From an uncultured delta proteobacterium (GTDB lineage Bacteria; Desulfobacterota; Binatia; UBA9968), in contig CAWFJP010000003.1 of assembly GCA_963816145.1 (NCBI GenBank), forward strand, positions 576,001 through 640,000: a stretch of 64,000 nucleotides of DNA, given 5' to 3'. Position 1 is the stretch's first letter; each line of letters opens with the position of its first letter. Under the pieces are notes generated by a model. It was not told where the DNA came from. It worked only from the letters and a program-made list of their open reading frames with translations, and did no database searches. Both the position numbers and the translations under genes were made by a program. Below are positions 62,358-64,000 of the stretch, piece after piece.

Positions 62358-63215
62358 ATGGCAAGAGATATTGTAGCGATCGACGTTCACGTCCATCTTT
62401 CCGATGAAGCAAGTCAAAAATCTAAAGGCGACCGCACCGCGCAGATGGCGCGCTATTTTGGTCGCGAACGGCCGCCGGTTTCCATTGACGAGATGGCGGA
62501 TCAGTATCGCGCCCGCAAGATGATGGCGGTGATCATGAACACCCGCGATGAAACGATCACCGGCTTAACGCCGCTGCCCAACGATCACGTGGCCGGCGCC
62601 GTGAAAAAACATCCAGACGTTTTCCTGGCCTTTGGCGCCATCGATCCCTGGACCGGCAAGCTGGCGCTCGACGAAATTAAACGTTGCCAGGACTTGGGAC
62701 TTACCGGCATGGGCGAGCTCAATCCGGCGCGCCAACATTTTTATGCCAACGATCCGCGCTTCTACCCGTTGTGGGAACAATGCGCCAAGCTCAACATGCC
62801 GATCCTCTTCCATGGTGGAATGGCCGCGGCAGGCGCCGGCACGCCGGGCGGCATGGGCATCAAGCTCAAATATAGCCAACCGATCCACCTGGACGAAGTC
62901 GCCGCTGACTTTCCTGAATTGAAAATTATCAGCGCTCATCCAACCTGGCCGTGGACCGCGGAAAGCTTAGCGATCGCACGCCACAAAGCGAACTACTTTA
63001 TTGATCTGTCCGGCTGGGCGCCGAAGTATTTCCCCGCGGAGCTGCTGCACAACATCAACACACTGCTGCAAGACAAGGCGATGTTCGGCTCCGACTGGCC
63101 GGCCATCGGCGTCGAGCGCTGGTTGGAAGAGTTCGGCCAAGTCAATATGAAACCCGAGATCCGCAAGAAGATCATGTTGGATAACGCCGTTAAGTTCTTT
63201 GGCTTAACGCTTTAG
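62358..63215 (+). CDS. Amidohydrolase_2 family metallohydrolase
   Basis: IDVHVH, FHGG, SAHPTWPW, IDLSGWAPKYF, FGSDWP. Confidence 0.88.
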   Translation: MARDIVAIDVHVHLSDEASQKSKGDRTAQMARYFGRERPPVSIDEMADQYRARKMMAVIMNTRDETITGLTPLPNDHVAGAVKKHPDVFLAFGAIDPWTGKLALDEIKRCQDLGLTGMGELNPARQHFYANDPRFYPLWEQCAKLNMPILFHGGMAAAGAGTPGGMGIKLKYSQPIHLDEVAADFPELKIISAHPTWPWTAESLAIARHKANYFIDLSGWAPKYFPAELLHNINTLLQDKAMFGSDWPAIGVERWLEEFGQVNMKPEIRKKIMLDNAVKFFGLTL

Positions 63216-63236
63216 CAATAACGGAAAAATCCTTGA

Positions 63237-63314
63237 TCACCACGAAGGCACGAAGATCACGAAGTTCGGAGTAGTTTTTCCTAACCCTTCGTGTCCTTCG
63301 TGACTTCGTGGTGA
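63237..63314. repeat. Intergenic inverted repeat built from CACGAAG units
   Basis: TCACCACGAAGGCACGAAGATCACGAAG ... CTTCGTGTCCTTCGTGACTTCGTGGTGA. Confidence 0.75.
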
Positions 63315-63340
63315 ATAGTATTCTCGCAATCAATCACAGT

Positions 63341-64000
63341 ATGGACGGGATAAGATTCGTCGACACTACCATTCGCGACGGCCACCAAAGCCTGTGGGCG
63401 GAAAGCATGACCACGGGCATGATGCTGCCCGTCGCCGAAGCCATGGACCGCGCCGGCTTCGACGCCATTGAATTGATCTCGAGCTCGCATTTAAAGAAAT
63501 GTGTGCGCGAGTTAAAGGAAGACCCCTGGGCGCGCGTGAAACTGGTTAGCCAGCGCATCAAAAACACGCCGCTTCGTTTAAATGCCGGTCGCTTCAGCGC
63601 CTTCGATATCACACCGCGTTCGATGTACCGCTTGTTCATGGAACGGATGGCCGCCAACGGCATCCGTGAAGCGCGTATTTCAGAAGAGTGGAACGAACTC
63701 GAAGGCTGGGAGTGGAAGACCAAGGTCTCCCGCGATGTCGGTATCAATCCGGTGCTCAACATCATCTACTCCGTGTCGCCGAAACACACAGATGAATACT
63801 TTGCCGAGCGCACGCGCCAAGCGGCATCGTTGAAAGTGAATCGACTCTGCCTCAAAGATCCTGGCGGCCTGCTCACGCCGGAACGCGTGCAAACGCTAGT
63901 GCCAATCGTCTTTGCCAACGCCAATGGCATTCCCGTGGAACTCCATACCCACTGCACCACCGGCTTGGGGCCACTGTGCTGTCTCGAAGCCGTGAAGCTC
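63341..64000 (+). CDS. Second pyruvate-carboxylase-like carboxyltransferase, partial
   Basis: MDGIRFVDTTIRDGHQSLWAESMTTGMMLP...KDPGGLLTPER...ELHTHCTTGLG. Paralog of 60793..62250; runs off the window end. Confidence 0.85.
   Translation, partial: MDGIRFVDTTIRDGHQSLWAESMTTGMMLPVAEAMDRAGFDAIELISSSHLKKCVRELKEDPWARVKLVSQRIKNTPLRLNAGRFSAFDITPRSMYRLFMERMAANGIREARISEEWNELEGWEWKTKVSRDVGINPVLNIIYSVSPKHTDEYFAERTRQAASLKVNRLCLKDPGGLLTPERVQTLVPIVFANANGIPVELHTHCTTGLGPLCCLEAVKL

Overview
This is a GC-rich bacterial chromosomal window. Gene order and protein style suggest a deltaproteobacteria-like lineage such as Candidatus Binatia, which is an inference. The minus strand carries a conserved housekeeping run: dnaE-hflX-pgsA-like-tRNA-Val-thrS-infC-rpmI-rplT-pheS-pheT-ihfA-merR, then tRNA-Pro-hypothetical-pcm-nlpD-like-metE-like-apt-nuoI. 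That run is split between merR and tRNA-Pro(GGG) by a ~42 kb plus-strand block made only of NRPS genes and their remnants. The block does not look like one colinear assembly line. It reads as about six short lines in tandem, each opening with its own starter A-T that lacks the amino-binding Asp. Five lines use a divergent A-domain family (A*) marked by an N-terminal PEQQAIRDKCFHPSG motif, and one uses an alpha-keto-acid-type A domain with no KR. Each starter is followed by 1-2 amino-acid modules, with predicted substrates Ser-Ala, Glu-like/unknown, Thr-Pro-like, Ile and Thr-Val. Every line ends in a T domain plus one of two conserved tails. There is no thioesterase, reductase, epimerase, MbtH, PPTase, transporter, tailoring enzyme or integrase in the block. 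It shows recent remodelling: an apparently exact 2,111-bp repeat bounded by A-domain core motifs, three internal-deletion scars, a terminal remnant, fused docking helices and two single-base frameshifts. The right end of the window has two paralogous pyruvate-carboxylase-like carboxyltransferase genes flanking an amidohydrolase. Specificity codes were read by eye and need computational confirmation.
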